A DNA stretch of 64,000 bases from Epiperipatus broadwayi (taxonomy: Eukaryota; Animalia; Onychophora). Under the pieces are notes generated by a model. That model was not told the origin of the DNA, did not search any database, and saw nothing but the letters and a program-made list of their open reading frames with translations. Positions 1 through 12,249 of the stretch are shown one piece after another. Each line of letters starts with the position of its first letter. Position 1 is the first letter of the stretch. Location of the stretch: NCBI GenBank assembly GCA_028023455.1, contig JAQFVV010000003.1:3348001-3412000 (forward strand), in the 5' to 3' direction. A program made the position numbers and the translations under genes.

Positions 1-39
1 TTTCAACATGAATTAGAATTGTTTTTAAAATCACAAGAT

Positions 40-160
40 TACCTTCTGGCATACTGTCTTTACCTTTGAGGAGTTTGAACCAGATGCACTAAATCCAGAA
101 TCTTCACTGATGAAAGCCAGAAATTAAACTGGAGATATAAATAGAATAGCACTGAATATC
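40..160 (+). mobile_element. Family A (hammerhead-bearing repeat), decayed partial copy
   Basis: gatgcact..aaatccag..tcttcaCTGATGAaagccaGAAAttaaactggagatat aligns with the copies at 3420-3500 and 56140-56205. CTGATGA is at 107-113; stem II is shortened and the GTC triplet is lost. Confidence 0.6.
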
Positions 161-2049
161 AATTTAATAAGCATTGTCCTCTAATATGTATTAATTAATC
201 AAGCTTTCAATAGATGGCAATACTAGAGTTGAATAGATAGACTTTAAATTTATTAACTATTTTTATTTTAAATTATTATTTATATCAGTATAACTGTTCT
301 GTCAATTCACTACTATATATATGATGTCTTATTGTTGATTTAAATCACCAATAATTTTTAACATTAATAGCTAAATTAATCTACATTTTTTTCTATCATT
401 CTCTCTGCATTTGCTTTTATCATACTATTTCTGTTCTAATAATGACAATGGGATTACATTTGAGCAGTCAAACATCCACTTTGAAATTAAATGTACAACA
501 ATTATAATTTCAATATTTTGTAAATTTTTTATTTACTTCTCCCTCTTTATTAAGTCAGAATCATCTCTTGATTTACAAGTAGCTGCTAATGAGAATTTCT
601 TTTTTTCACATTATTTTTTTAAAAAAAGACAATTAAAAGTAATATTGTTCTTCCACTCTTCCAATTCATAAAAACACCCCCCCCCCCAAATTTAATATTT
701 ATAAATTTCCTTTTTAACATGTGTTATATAATCTTTTATTTTTTAACTCAAAACTGAAAAAAGTTTTTATTTCATAATAATGTCAACATTTATTTTAGAA
801 TATAATTTCTCAGCAAGTAGTAATTTATTTCATTTGGATAAAGTTACATTAATTTTTTGTTAGCACTTTGCTTTTTATTTTATTTTAAATGTAGCCTTTT
901 GCTTTCAAATGATTATTGATTATCTCTTACTGTTCTAACAATGATTTTATGAAGGATATTGAATTTTCAAATGAGAGGTAGTATCCATATTTTGTTTACT
1001 TTTGTTTCTAATTTTATATTTATTCAATAACATGGATTTTCTTTTAAATTTAAGACCATTGATGTCATACTGTAAACATAACCATATGCTTGTAATACTG
1101 AAAATAGCCATCATATTTTAAAATCATTTATGCATTTTTTAAGGTGGAGCATTATGATAGTTTTATTTGTGAATTTCTAGTTCTAAAGCAGCAAACTTTT
1201 TATCATGTTGTTCAATATCAAATCATGCTGTGAGGTGTGAAGAAATAAGAATCTTCTGTGCATGAGATAGTCATATTCTCTATGTTGCTAAGAATTAATT
1301 AAAATTTTAAGCAAAAATTTTTTTGATTTGTTCTTGATTAATTCAAATAAATTCGAGTTATACTTTTATGGAGAATTCATATATTTTAACCAGCTTTTCT
1401 ATAATTAGAAATAAAATTATTAAAATTAATAGTTTAAAATTTTAATTAAAATAGTTAAGGTTTATGTACATATTTATTTTAATAAATTTATTTAAATATA
1501 AATCATTTTAACTAGTATGGATGTCTGACTGATTTTATTAATACCCTATACTCTGCTAGCACATGAACAATTAAAAAGTGCTTGTCTGATTTAAATTATT
1601 CAAAGGAATATACACATACAATATTAATATTTTTAAATGATATTTAAATATATTTATATCCATCTCTTCAATTATTTCATTATTTGTGGCAACTATTAAT
1701 ACCATAAGATTGTTTCCATATTAAACAACATAAATTTGCTACTATCAACATTGCAAAAATAGCTGTGGCAACTTTATAGTTTTCATCTCTGAATCATGCC
1801 TTAAACATCAGTTGTATTTTTGGGAGCAAAGTAAAGTCTGTTGATTTCTCATATATATGCATTTATGATAAAAATATAGTCTCCATTTCTTGAGAGTTGT
1901 TAAGTCATTGTCCAAAGTAAGGATTATCATTCAAAGTCAGAAGATGCTAAAATATCTGAGTTCTGAAATTAAGTTTTCATTCTTTAATGATTTTTTATTT
2001 GGAAATTTAGAAATGTAGATCATTTTTGAATAAAAAAAAGTATTGCATA

Positions 2050-2940
2050 AAGTAAAACAATTATACAAAGCTAGTTGGAGGAATACATTACCATAAAAAT
2101 ATCAACGGAGATTCATCGCATATAGTGGCAAGATTAATAGCAATTCAGTATATTCTTTAAGTTCTTATTCTGATAGAGATATAAAAGACTTATATAAATG
2201 TACAGAATAATATTTTAAAAGTTCATGAGAGATTTTAGTGCTAAAATTGGAAAACGTTTGAAAGGTAGAAAGTTTTGAGAGTAAATTACAATTGAAAAGA
2301 GAGAAGATAGATTTATGGAAATAGTGGCCAAAGAAAAGCAGTATATTGTATCTTTTTAAAAAAAATCTAAGATAAATTATTATAAATTTTTTTTAATGAC
2401 TTAGATTATATTTTGATTAATAAAAAAAGTCTGTATTTTAATGCTGAAATGTATTTAATAGATTCAACCTAGAATATGATTGTTGATAGCATTATTCTTC
2501 AGAAATTCCAATGAATTTACTTAAGAATTTACAAACCATTTAAAAATATTAACAGGTTTTGAACAAGGTTCAGATTTAAATGAGATCATTAACAAGATGA
2601 ATATTGTATTAAAAGTAGTTAAACTGATAACAGAAGCAGCAATTCAAGAGCAAATTTTCTATTGAGACAAAGCAATGTATGCAGAAAAAAGGGATATGAA
2701 AATAGTTAAAAACATTTTATTTAGAATATCTGAATGTCTAAAATTCTGTTTAATAGCATAGCAAACAATTAACAACAACCTAGAGAAATATACCAGTGAA
2801 GATTTACAGAAGGCTATAAAAAGGAATGTCTCAAAGTTATAAAGGTCATAACAATGGAAGAAAAATATTTTAATAATAGCATAATCACTAAAGACAGGAA
2901 TAATGAAATGTGGAGAACAATAATAGTAAACCATAAAATA
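2050..2940 (+). mobile_element. Decayed RTE-like LINE, RT C-terminal/3' fragment
   Basis: Broken frames resemble RTE motifs (..KVESF.. near 2265, YxAE-like tattttaatgctgaa at 2435, ..DRNNEMWRTII near 2890); many stops. Confidence 0.4.
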
Positions 2941-3192
2941 AAAACACCATCATTTGAAATACATACTTTTTAAATAAAATGGTGAAAATTGCAATTAAAA
3001 GAAAAGTTCTAAGAAATGATGAAACCTTATCTTTCTTATATAATATTAAATCATCTATACTCTTTATTAATGTTTTACAATGCTTTTATTACAATCCCAC
3101 TATGACAGTTAAGGTTTAGAAATACAAATAGAAGTTCTGAAGAAGATTGCTGGGGCAAAAACAGTAATAAAGAGCATAGATGATTTAATATT

Positions 3193-3599
3193 CACATGAT
3201 CACTATTTCTTATGCTTGCTCACAACTGTTATTAAAACAGGAAAAACTGTTATTAAAGACCCAAAGATACCAAATGTATGGATAGTGAACTGAGTTTGGA
3301 CCTATATAACTATATAAGCTAATGAGCTTGGATTGAAAATATTTTTGTGTTTTCAATTTTATTCTCAAAGTTTTGTAGTTAAGTAGAGATAAAAGGTGAC
3401 TGCAGGAGAGTTGCATCAGATCCTCAGATCTAGGTGTTGTGCTCTCAGATCCAAAACTCCTTAATGATGAAAGCCACAAGACAGAAACTAGTCTGAGAAT
3501 ATTGGATAAGTAGGCACTAGATAGGGTTTTTATGCACAAGCCTTCTGGAATCGACTGATTACTCTGGCTTGCACTATATGGAGAGTTTTGCCTGCTTTA
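3193..3599 (+). mobile_element. Family A copy: inverted partial 3' arm plus direct body, 13 bp TSD
   Basis: Begins with the reverse complement of the family 3' end (cacatgatcactatttcttatgcttgctcacaactgttattaaaacagg), then the body ending ggagagttttgcctgctttaa. Flanked by atgatttaatatt at 3180-3192 and 3600-3612. Confidence 0.85.
3457..3499 (+). ncRNA. Minimal type I hammerhead-like motif, C3>A mutated
   Basis: ctcctta ATGATGA aagccacaagaca GAAAC ta GTC tgagaat. Confidence 0.6.
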
Positions 3600-3949
3600 A
3601 TGATTTAATATTAAATAATTAAATCCTAATTTTGAATAAAGCAAATGAAGAAATACAGTAATTATTGTCAAAACTATATACAAATGACTCAGAAAAATTG
3701 AGTAATCATATTGATATTTAAAAAAGATGAAAAAAAATATTTAGAAATTGCAGATCCATTAGCCTTCAATTAATTGTATAAAAAAATCTTTATAAAAACT
3801 GTCACAGATTATCTACAAAGAATTTTGATTCAAAACAACAAACAAAAAAAAAAACTAATTAAATTTAAAAGTGGTTAGAGCATACAAGGATCATATTCAG
3901 GTATTAAGAGAAGTTGTACAAAAAATGAATGGATATTACTTGCCATTCT

Positions 3950-6150
3950 GCATTGGGTTTGTTGACTCCATACGTATTTCTGCTGTGATTAAAGTTTTGT
4001 ATTCAGGATAAAACAGCTATTGCTCTTTCCGTTTCTCTTAAATATAACAAAAAACAAAATAGGTGATGTAGAACAGTCCTTGCCTTAGTCCCATCCCATT
4101 TTTAACTTTAACTGATTCCATATTTCCTAGTTGATTTGTATAGTAATTATTTTCATATAATCTCCTAATAAGATCCACCAAAGCTCCATTCACTCCCAAA
4201 TTTATTAAACTTACCCATAATGTGTTTGTTAACTCTATCATATGTCTTGTCTATATCTATAAAGACCATATATAATTGTCAACCTGTATTCCTACTCATA
4301 TCTAAAAGATATGTGATTACAAATAAACTATCTCCTATATGCCTATCTGATCTAAAACTTTCTTGCATTTCTCCTACTATATTATTTTCTTCCATTCACT
4401 TTGCAACCCTTCCAGCCACTATATAAACAAAAACTTTATATAACACTGATGTTGCCACTATTGGTCTATAAATGTTTAGTTTTCTATTATCCTTATCCTT
4501 TTCTTTAAACAGTAGCCTTACCCTTGTATTATTCCAGCTACTTGAAAATTCTGTATTCTGTGCCATTCTATTAAAATATGCTAATAGATTTAATTTTGTC
4601 TCGTTTCCTAAATTCAGCATCATCTCTGTTGCCCATTCATCTAAACTTCTTGCCTTTCTACTTTTCTATTTCTTTCCTGCCCCATTCAATGTTTTTGTTT
4701 ATTAAAAACATATTTTCTATATCCATTACATACTTATTTAAGATTGTCTCTAATTCTTCTCTAGAGTGACACTCATTTTCTTCATCACCTTCTTTTAATA
4801 TATTTCCAAAATTTTTTATTCATATCTCTTCCACTTTTATTAATATCTTCCAATAATTTACTATTTAATTTCATTCTCTCTCTATAATTATCTATTTTAG
4901 CTAACTTTTTTGTTTAAAAAATATTTCCCCCATTTAATATTAACATCTTTTTCACCTTCTTTGTTTTTAATAGCACATTTATATTCTCAGCATGCTTTTT
5001 TCTCTCTTTTACCCTTTTACTAATACTCACTTTTCTATTACTTTTATTCTTTTGAATACTCTCACCTAAAGCCTATTTGACACATTTTTACTTCTTTACA
5101 CCAGGAATATATTCATCCGCAACAAAGTCTTCCATGAGTTCTACTTTTATTTTATATTCTTCTAACTTATTCTTATCATTCATTCTCCATCCACATCTTA
5201 ACCTTTCTACTTTTATTACTATTTTACATCACATTACTAACCATTTCTCTTATAAAGAAATTGTGATCACTATTATATACTCTCATTTCATTATCAAATA
5301 CTTTAATTTTCCATACTTTATTCATTCCCTCTTTCTCTACTAATACATAATCTATTTTTGAAATATATTATTTCTAATCCATGTATATTGTCCCTCATAA
5401 ATATTTAATAAATTTCCAATACTCAAATTCACTCTCTGACAAAACTTTTCCAAAAGCTGTTCATTCTTGTTATCTACATCATCAATTTCTTCAACATGCC
5501 CATTCATATCCCTTATAACCATTATTTTCTTCTCATTTTTTTAGAACTATATATCCTTAACTAGGCATTCATATATGCTCCTGTTCCACTCCATTATAGC
5601 TTGACTATATCCAGAAGCCATATATACTATAGCCATCATCCATTCTTGCCTTCCTAACATGCTCAAATCACAAATACTCTTGATACTTAACAGTATATAA
5701 ATATTTTTTTGACATAACTCCTATACCGCCACCTCTTTTCTATTTATAACCTATCACATCAAGTCTTCCAGTGTAGCTTCTTCTTCTCTTAGATGTGTTT
5801 CCATTAATGTTGATATTTCAAGCTCTTCATTTTTAAGTGCTTTGTTTATTTCAATCACATTTCTGGTTTCCTACCATCTTGCATATGTAAATATCCAATT
5901 TTAACAATTTCTTCTTTTCTTACTACTCTTTTATAAATTCTTTTTTCTCTATTACATTTGTAATTAGTTTGTTTTTCATTAGTTTTACAGATCCATTCCC
6001 TCTTCACATCTACATTTATATATAAATCATCTGCCTTTTCTTTATTTCTTACATCCTATATTCTTAACCTTCTTTTTGATAATATTGTAATTTAAAACCC
6101 TGATGTCCCCATACTTAAAACAGTGTCATCTTAAGAATTATGCTATAGTT
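3950..6150 (-). mobile_element. Decayed CR1/L2-type LINE ORF2 (APE endonuclease plus RT), with ORF1 tail
   Basis: Minus strand reads IGYLHMQ..ETHLR..GGGIG-like endonuclease start (~5890-5720); ORF 4396-4623 ...SSSWNNTRVRLLFKEKDKDNRKLNIYRPIVATSVLYKVF (RT domain 1); ORF 4038-4241 ...GMGLRQG. Frameshifts and stops present. Confidence 0.85.
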
Positions 6151-6461
6151 TGGAATCAGGATATTGAACAGATCATAGCTTAGTAAACTTTAATAGTAAA
6201 TTACAGTGGTATTTAAAATAAATGTATTCTTGAGTTCAATAAAAATAAAAATTTTGATTGATTGTATGATGATGATTGCATTGCTAGTGACTCAGTTTTA
6301 AAAAAGAATAGCATTTTCTTACTTGATTGAATAATAAAATATGGAATTTCACAAAAAATATAGGGATTTAAATTCAGAAGTTCAGTGAGTGATTATGATT
6401 GTTAGATTTATTTTGAATCAATGAAAGTAACATTTGGACCTTAAAAAACATATCCTAATTA

Positions 6462-6853
6462 TAGTCTGAACAGGCACTAACCTGTATTCAATGTTCTTTA
6501 AAATTTGCAATAATCAAGCATATTTTTCCGATAGAGTGATCTTTCAAACCACGACATAAGATAATGACTTTTATAAAGACAAGAGCGGCCGTCTTATCTT
6601 TAACCTAAATGTCCATTTATATAGGCAAATCTGAAGCCTCTTGATTTGAAAGCATGAAGTAGTTGTTTTCTCCACTGTTTAAATCCACTATTTTCTTTAC
6701 AAATTTGCCTATATAAATGGACATTTAGGTTAAAGATAAGACAGTCATTCTTATCTTTATAAAAGTTGCTATCTTGTGTCGTGGTTTGGAAGATCCCTCT
6801 ATCGGCAAAATATGCTTGATTATTGCGAATTTTAAAGTGCCTGTTCAGATTAT
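6462..6853. mobile_element. Family B-related fold-back element
   Basis: Arms ~6497-6632 and ~6703-6838 are reverse complements (aatttgcaataatcaagcatattttt.. / ..aaaatatgcttgattattgcgaatt), extended by tctgaacaggcac/gtgcctgttcaga. Carries the atttgcctatataaa..cattt.ggtt block also seen at 41885, 47505 and 53835. Confidence 0.8.
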
Positions 6854-7392
6854 TTACATAAGTTCTGTGTGTGCTCTATAAATTAATTACTACTCTTCAA
6901 TATCCTAATTCTATTAAATGTGTGGATTATATATTGCATGTTATTTTGATATAATCAAAGAAGTATAATAATCACTACCCAAATAGTGATACAAAATTTC
7001 AGATGATTGCATTTAATGATATATTTACCCTATCAATTCATTTAAGTTGAGAAAAATATCCAGGTTAATTAAGTTAAAAAGCTATTTATAATCTTAAAAA
7101 TGTAAAGACAGGGGATATTGACTTAATTCCTAAAAACATTTAAATATGACGAGATATGTTATCTTAAAAAATACAGAAACTTTTTAGAAATATATGAATC
7201 CATGAAGTTGTATCACTTGTTTGAGAATAGTTTTATTATTCTAACATACAAAAATTAAAGGGACATAAGCCAAGACACCATATGATAATTAGCATACATT
7301 AAGCACCAATATTACCAGCAGTAATTATTGAATACCATTAAATATGCAGAAGTGCTGACATCTCTAAAGCATGTATTTACTGACCATGCATC

Positions 7393-7412
7393 ATATATAT
7401 ATATATATATAT
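7393..7412. repeat. (AT)10 microsatellite
   Basis: atatatatatatatatatat. Confidence 0.9.
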
Positions 7413-7559
7413 GACTTGGATGATGAGCTGAAAATCTTAGGAAATATTGGAAACTTTCAAGACTTTAACTTGATTAGCATAATGGAAAGTAAATAAACTG
7501 CTGATAATTTGTGAAAGTCAGTACTCCTCACTAACAAAACCCAATAGCCAAAAACTAGT

Positions 7560-8450
7560 ATAATAATCTGGTGTCCTTTGATTATTTATACTTGTACAGA
7601 TGATTCTAAAAATAGAATAGTGTAGCATAAACTATGACGGTTAATGCAAAAAGAAATATAGAAAAGACTGCAAGAATTATAGTAGAATAGCATTTTACCC
7701 ACTGCAGCAAATGTACTTTCAAAAATATTAATGAACAGTTTATTTCTAATCACATATGAGTAATTACCAAAGACTCCGTGTAGTTTTAGAGAATTTTAAT
7801 AAGTGCTGTAGATAAATTTTTGTATGTCAAGCAAATGAAAACAAGAATTGTGAACACTGATACAATTAGTCAGGATATTTGATTCAATTAATCAAGAATG
7901 TTTATAGTAACCATTGAAAATAACTGGTTGTTGATACGGGAAAAGGAGCATTATTTCTATTGACAGAAAATCTTAATTATTTTGAATGAAATTGGTATTA
8001 AACAAATATATGCACTAACCCAACTTTGTTTTCCATTTTTATAAGTGATCTCAACAAAACAGGTATCAAGATACAATATAGATATGATAGTGAAGTTATT
8101 TACTGAAGTAATTAAAAGCAAAAATAACACAATTTTCCTGATTTCTAGATTTATAATATACAGATTGTATTATTCTTACCAATTCAAAAAATAGTCTATA
8201 AAATATTCTTAATGATTTGAATGCACTTACTAAATTGCTGCTTCAGCCAATGGTGTAAGCAAAATCTTTATCAATTTTAGTTTGGTTCGTTATCAATTAG
8301 AAAATATGAATCAGTTTAATTCATATTTAAAAAAAAGGACACATTTGGATGTTGAAATGAAACACAGATTTAAATGTGCTGTCACTCCATTTAACAAAAT
8401 TGAAGATAGGAAATTCATAGTGAAATAACTATTTCAATTAAATGAATTAT
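7560..8450 (+). mobile_element. Heavily decayed RTE LINE RT fragment
   Basis: Remnant motifs ..VKQMKTR, FDSINQE (7880), GIKQ..PTLFSIF (7995-8045), IKIQYRYD (8065), ..LDVEMKHRFKC (8345). Colinear with the better-preserved RTE at 35250-37441. Confidence 0.6.
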
Positions 8451-9769
8451 ATATAAACTGTTTATCAAATTTATTGCATTGTAAATATTTTGTTTAAAGA
8501 CGTGCTATATTCTGATATGATGACAAAATCATATAATTATTGTTTTTTAGCTTGTGATACTGAATTTACAATTGTAATGTCACATCTTTATTAAATAAGG
8601 ATATTTGAAATAGACAAAGAATAATAAACTTTCTAAAAAAAAAAAAAAGATAACTCGAACAAGGCCCATTTCTATTATAAAATTCCATTTCAAAAACACT
8701 CTAAAGAACCGAATTATTTTCACTGGAAGATATGGTTGAGTATTTGAAAGATTAAACGAGTAATATATATATACAAGTATTTGTGATTTCTAGAATAGAA
8801 TGTAGAGTCATCACAAAACTTATTGGGAGGGGGGGGTAGGATCACTGTGCTTATTTATGAGTGGCTTCTAATAAACAGATGGATAAAGAATAAAATTGTA
8901 TTTGTTATAATTATATAAATAAAATTCAGTAAAATGTGATGTTTCAATTTCAATAATTTTAACTTTTTCTTTAAAATATATCTATTAGAATACAAAAATA
9001 TTGTAGTTTTATAATAGTTATTGGTAATGTTAATAATCATTTCAAAATTATATGTTCTTATTCCATCATTGATTAATGCTTTCATTTATCTGATAAGCAT
9101 CATTTATATATGACAATCAGGATTAAACTGTAATTTACATTCAGTATTTAAATTCTCATTAGCGTAAGGTGTTTGGAAAACATATCCTTTACCAATTCCT
9201 GATTAATAAATGATGGTATCAAGCATTTAATTTTCCTTAATCTTCGTTAAATGATCATGTCATTGAAGAATGATTCTTTGCAAATCTTTTCAACTGTTTT
9301 TATTTCTCTACTGATGATCTGAAACTAAAAAGTTGAAAATGACATCTAAGTTAGAAACAAAATAAGCAAACATTTTCCCAATAGATATCAGCATTATGAA
9401 AATATACCGTAAATTCCCTAAATAAAATAATCATTTGATAATTTGAAAAAAAAAAAAGAAGTAACATATAATGGTTCTAATAAAGACCGCGTTTTACTTG
9501 CGATATAGAATAAAGAAAAACTAATTGATAAGTTTCATATTTTTTTTTGTAAAATGTATATATAAAAAAAGAAACTTAAAAATAAACATATTTTGAAAAC
9601 AACTGAAAATAATAATACTTAGTGTCCAAAGAATCATTAAAAAATAAATGCACAATAAGTGTGATCAATATAAGTACTCCACAAAAAACTAAATTAGTAA
9701 TACTGCAATTTAGAACCCTACCCTCTCCCCTTTACGAGTTTTCCCGAACTATAATATATTTCTAAATCA

Positions 9770-10720
9770 AACTCTCTAATACTTCACTTCCTTGTTTAGC
9801 TAAGTGCAATCCATCTTTACCATACAACTCCCTCTTACTAATAAAAAAAATCCCACACATCCACAAACATAACATTGTTTCTCTCACATAATTTTTTCAA
9901 TCTCTCATTTATAGAATGCGTCCTATCTAACGTATTGTCGAATCTTGGTAATAATCTAACTATTCCTACTCTTCCTTTAATCTTACTCAAATTATTAATC
10001 AATTCCATGTACTCATCCATTACTCTCTCCAATGGGTCTGACAAATTATTTATCCCTACCATAACATAAACATCTTTACTCCCTTGTTTCTTTACCTTAT
10101 CTGTAACATAATAATTCTAGCTTCAGGCAAACATTCTTACATACCTGTTTCTATTTTTCCTTCCAATTACATCCCCACACCCTCTAATTAGCAAGTCTCC
10201 TATCAATACTGTCTCAAAGTTTACTTTCTATATTTCATCTGTAACATTCTCTTCCACATTCTGGACCTCCTTATTTAGTTCTTCCTCGTTTCTATTCATT
10301 AATTCCTTAATCTGCTCACACTTCAATGAATCTCTAACAGTTTTAATTTTGCTTTTACATCCTTTATCTCTTTATCTATGTTATTCTTTGGATAATCATC
10401 TCCATTGCACTACTTACTTTGTCATCTAAATATCTTGTCATTGCACTAAATACACTATTCTATCTTCCTTAACTATATTTTGTTCCATTTCTCCTTTCTC
10501 TTTATATTATCTACACTTACAAACTATTTTTGACCTCTTTTATCATATTTACACATTGTTTACATAACCATACACCTGTTACATCCTTCCTAGTCTTATT
10601 TAAGCATTTCACATGATAAACCTTTTCACATACAGTACACTCTACCACAGCATGCTTAATTTCATTCTGACCATTATATATACATTGTGGGATACAAATG
10701 CAATCCATATTCCTTACTTT
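9770..10720 (-). mobile_element. CR1/L2-type LINE ORF1 remnant: PHD finger, coiled region, SGNH/GDSL esterase
   Basis: ORF 10517-10708 C-x-C..ECTVCEKVYHVKC..WLCKQC (PHD); VLIGD(L)LIRG near 10190-10210 (GDS block); ORF 9838-10062 MVGINN..VRLLPRFD..INERLKKLC..FVD; RELYGKDGLHL at ~9800-9835 (DxxH block). Confidence 0.85.
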
Positions 10721-11019
10721 TCAAGTCCCCTATATATTCTATATTTAAATTATGCTTTTTCTGTTACTCTTCAAATCTCTTTATACAAAAGTAAAAAAAC
10801 TTTTTTTTTTAATGGTGACCAATAAACATGTGCTTCCTAACGTTACTCCTCAAACGTTATCTTCTTTATCAAATAAATCACTTTCTTAAATTGAAAGATT
10901 CTTTAATAGCAAACCCACTAAAAATCAATTAATCTTACATACAACTTAGTTTTAAAGCTTCCTTGCAGTAAACACACACACAAAAAAAATTATTTTTTCT
11001 TTTAAAATGGCATATCGAA

Positions 11020-11625
11020 TCAATTTCCAAAGTACCAAAGTCTCCATACAGTAGTGCCAATTGCAAGCTTTTGTAATCAATGGATGCAGGAAGGTTTGTG
11101 CATAAAATCCCTATCTAGTGCCTACTCATCCAACATCCCCAGATTAGTTTCTAGCTCGTAGAGTTTGGTACTCTTATTAACATCATGTGTAAGCTTATGA
11201 AATGGTGATCATGAGATGTTTTTATATCTTGTCTGCCCACAGGATAATTGTTACTGGTTTTTGAAAAATCAAAAACACCAAAATATATACATGATGAACT
11301 AAGTTCAGATCTATTTGACTATACAAGTGAATGAGTTTGGATCGGAAACATGATGTTTTCATATTGGGCTCCTAACTTTATAATTAATCAAATAGATAAA
11401 AGATGGCTGCAAGGGTTGCATTAGATCCTAAGATTTAGATGCAGTGCTCTCAAATCCAAGGCTCCTCACTGATGGAAGCCACAAGCTAGAAACTAGCCTG
11501 GGGATGTTGGATGAGTAGGATCTAGATAGGGATTTTATGCACAAATCTTCCTACATCCAATTGATTATGAAAACTTGCACTTAGTGACCCTACTCTATGA
11601 AGAGTTTGGTACATCTTGTAAACAT
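11020..11625 (+). mobile_element. Family A copy: inverted arm plus more than one tandem monomer
   Basis: 11025-11158 is the reverse complement of 11480-11612. agagtttggtac recurs at 11160 and 11601 (441 bp period) with the complete body between. Confidence 0.85.
11463..11504 (+). ncRNA. Minimal type I hammerhead-like motif, two core mutations (A9>G, U16.1>C)
   Basis: tcctca CTGATGG aagccacaagcta GAAAC ta GCC tgggga; stem I ucCUCA/UGGGGa is intact. Confidence 0.65.
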
Positions 11626-12249
11626 TGATTATTTAATAATCATATAGAAATATTTAATATAATGCAGACAATTTTAATATTCTATTTTAGCCATGGTGAG
11701 CTTTCTTTCACCTCCCTTTTTTGATGGAACAGCAAACATTCTTATCCATCAATCTCATATTACAAAGTACCTGAAATCCATCTAGGGTAAATAAATATAA
11801 TAATTTTCATTAAAAAAAATTGATATTAATGGATAATAATAAAATTTTATAAAGGAAATAATTATTTATAAGGTGTGTTAGTTATGCTTTATATTTATTT
11901 AGATAAATAAAGAACAATAGTAATGAATATTGGGATATATTTGATAGCTGGGGCAATTGATGAGACAACAATTCAATGCAAAAAAGCATCTTGGGGAATC
12001 TTTTACATTTTCCTTTCGTCTAAGATTCGTGTTTTAAAAAAAATATCAGGAATGTGGACATTATATGAGAAATTTACTCAAAATAATAGTCAAATTATGA
12101 AATGTGAAATTAGCACAATTCATAGTATGTTTCAAGAGAGTTTCCTTTAACAACAATGCCAAGTTCTCATACATCAACTGCAAATCAAAAAAGACTTGAA
12201 TATTATTAAGTATTTTACTTATTTAATATACATAGTCATGAGAATGTAT

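Noticed and set aside
3137-3165. CTGAAGAAG..GCAAAAAC hammerhead-like string
   Set aside because: No GAAA in register, no stem I, and only one copy.
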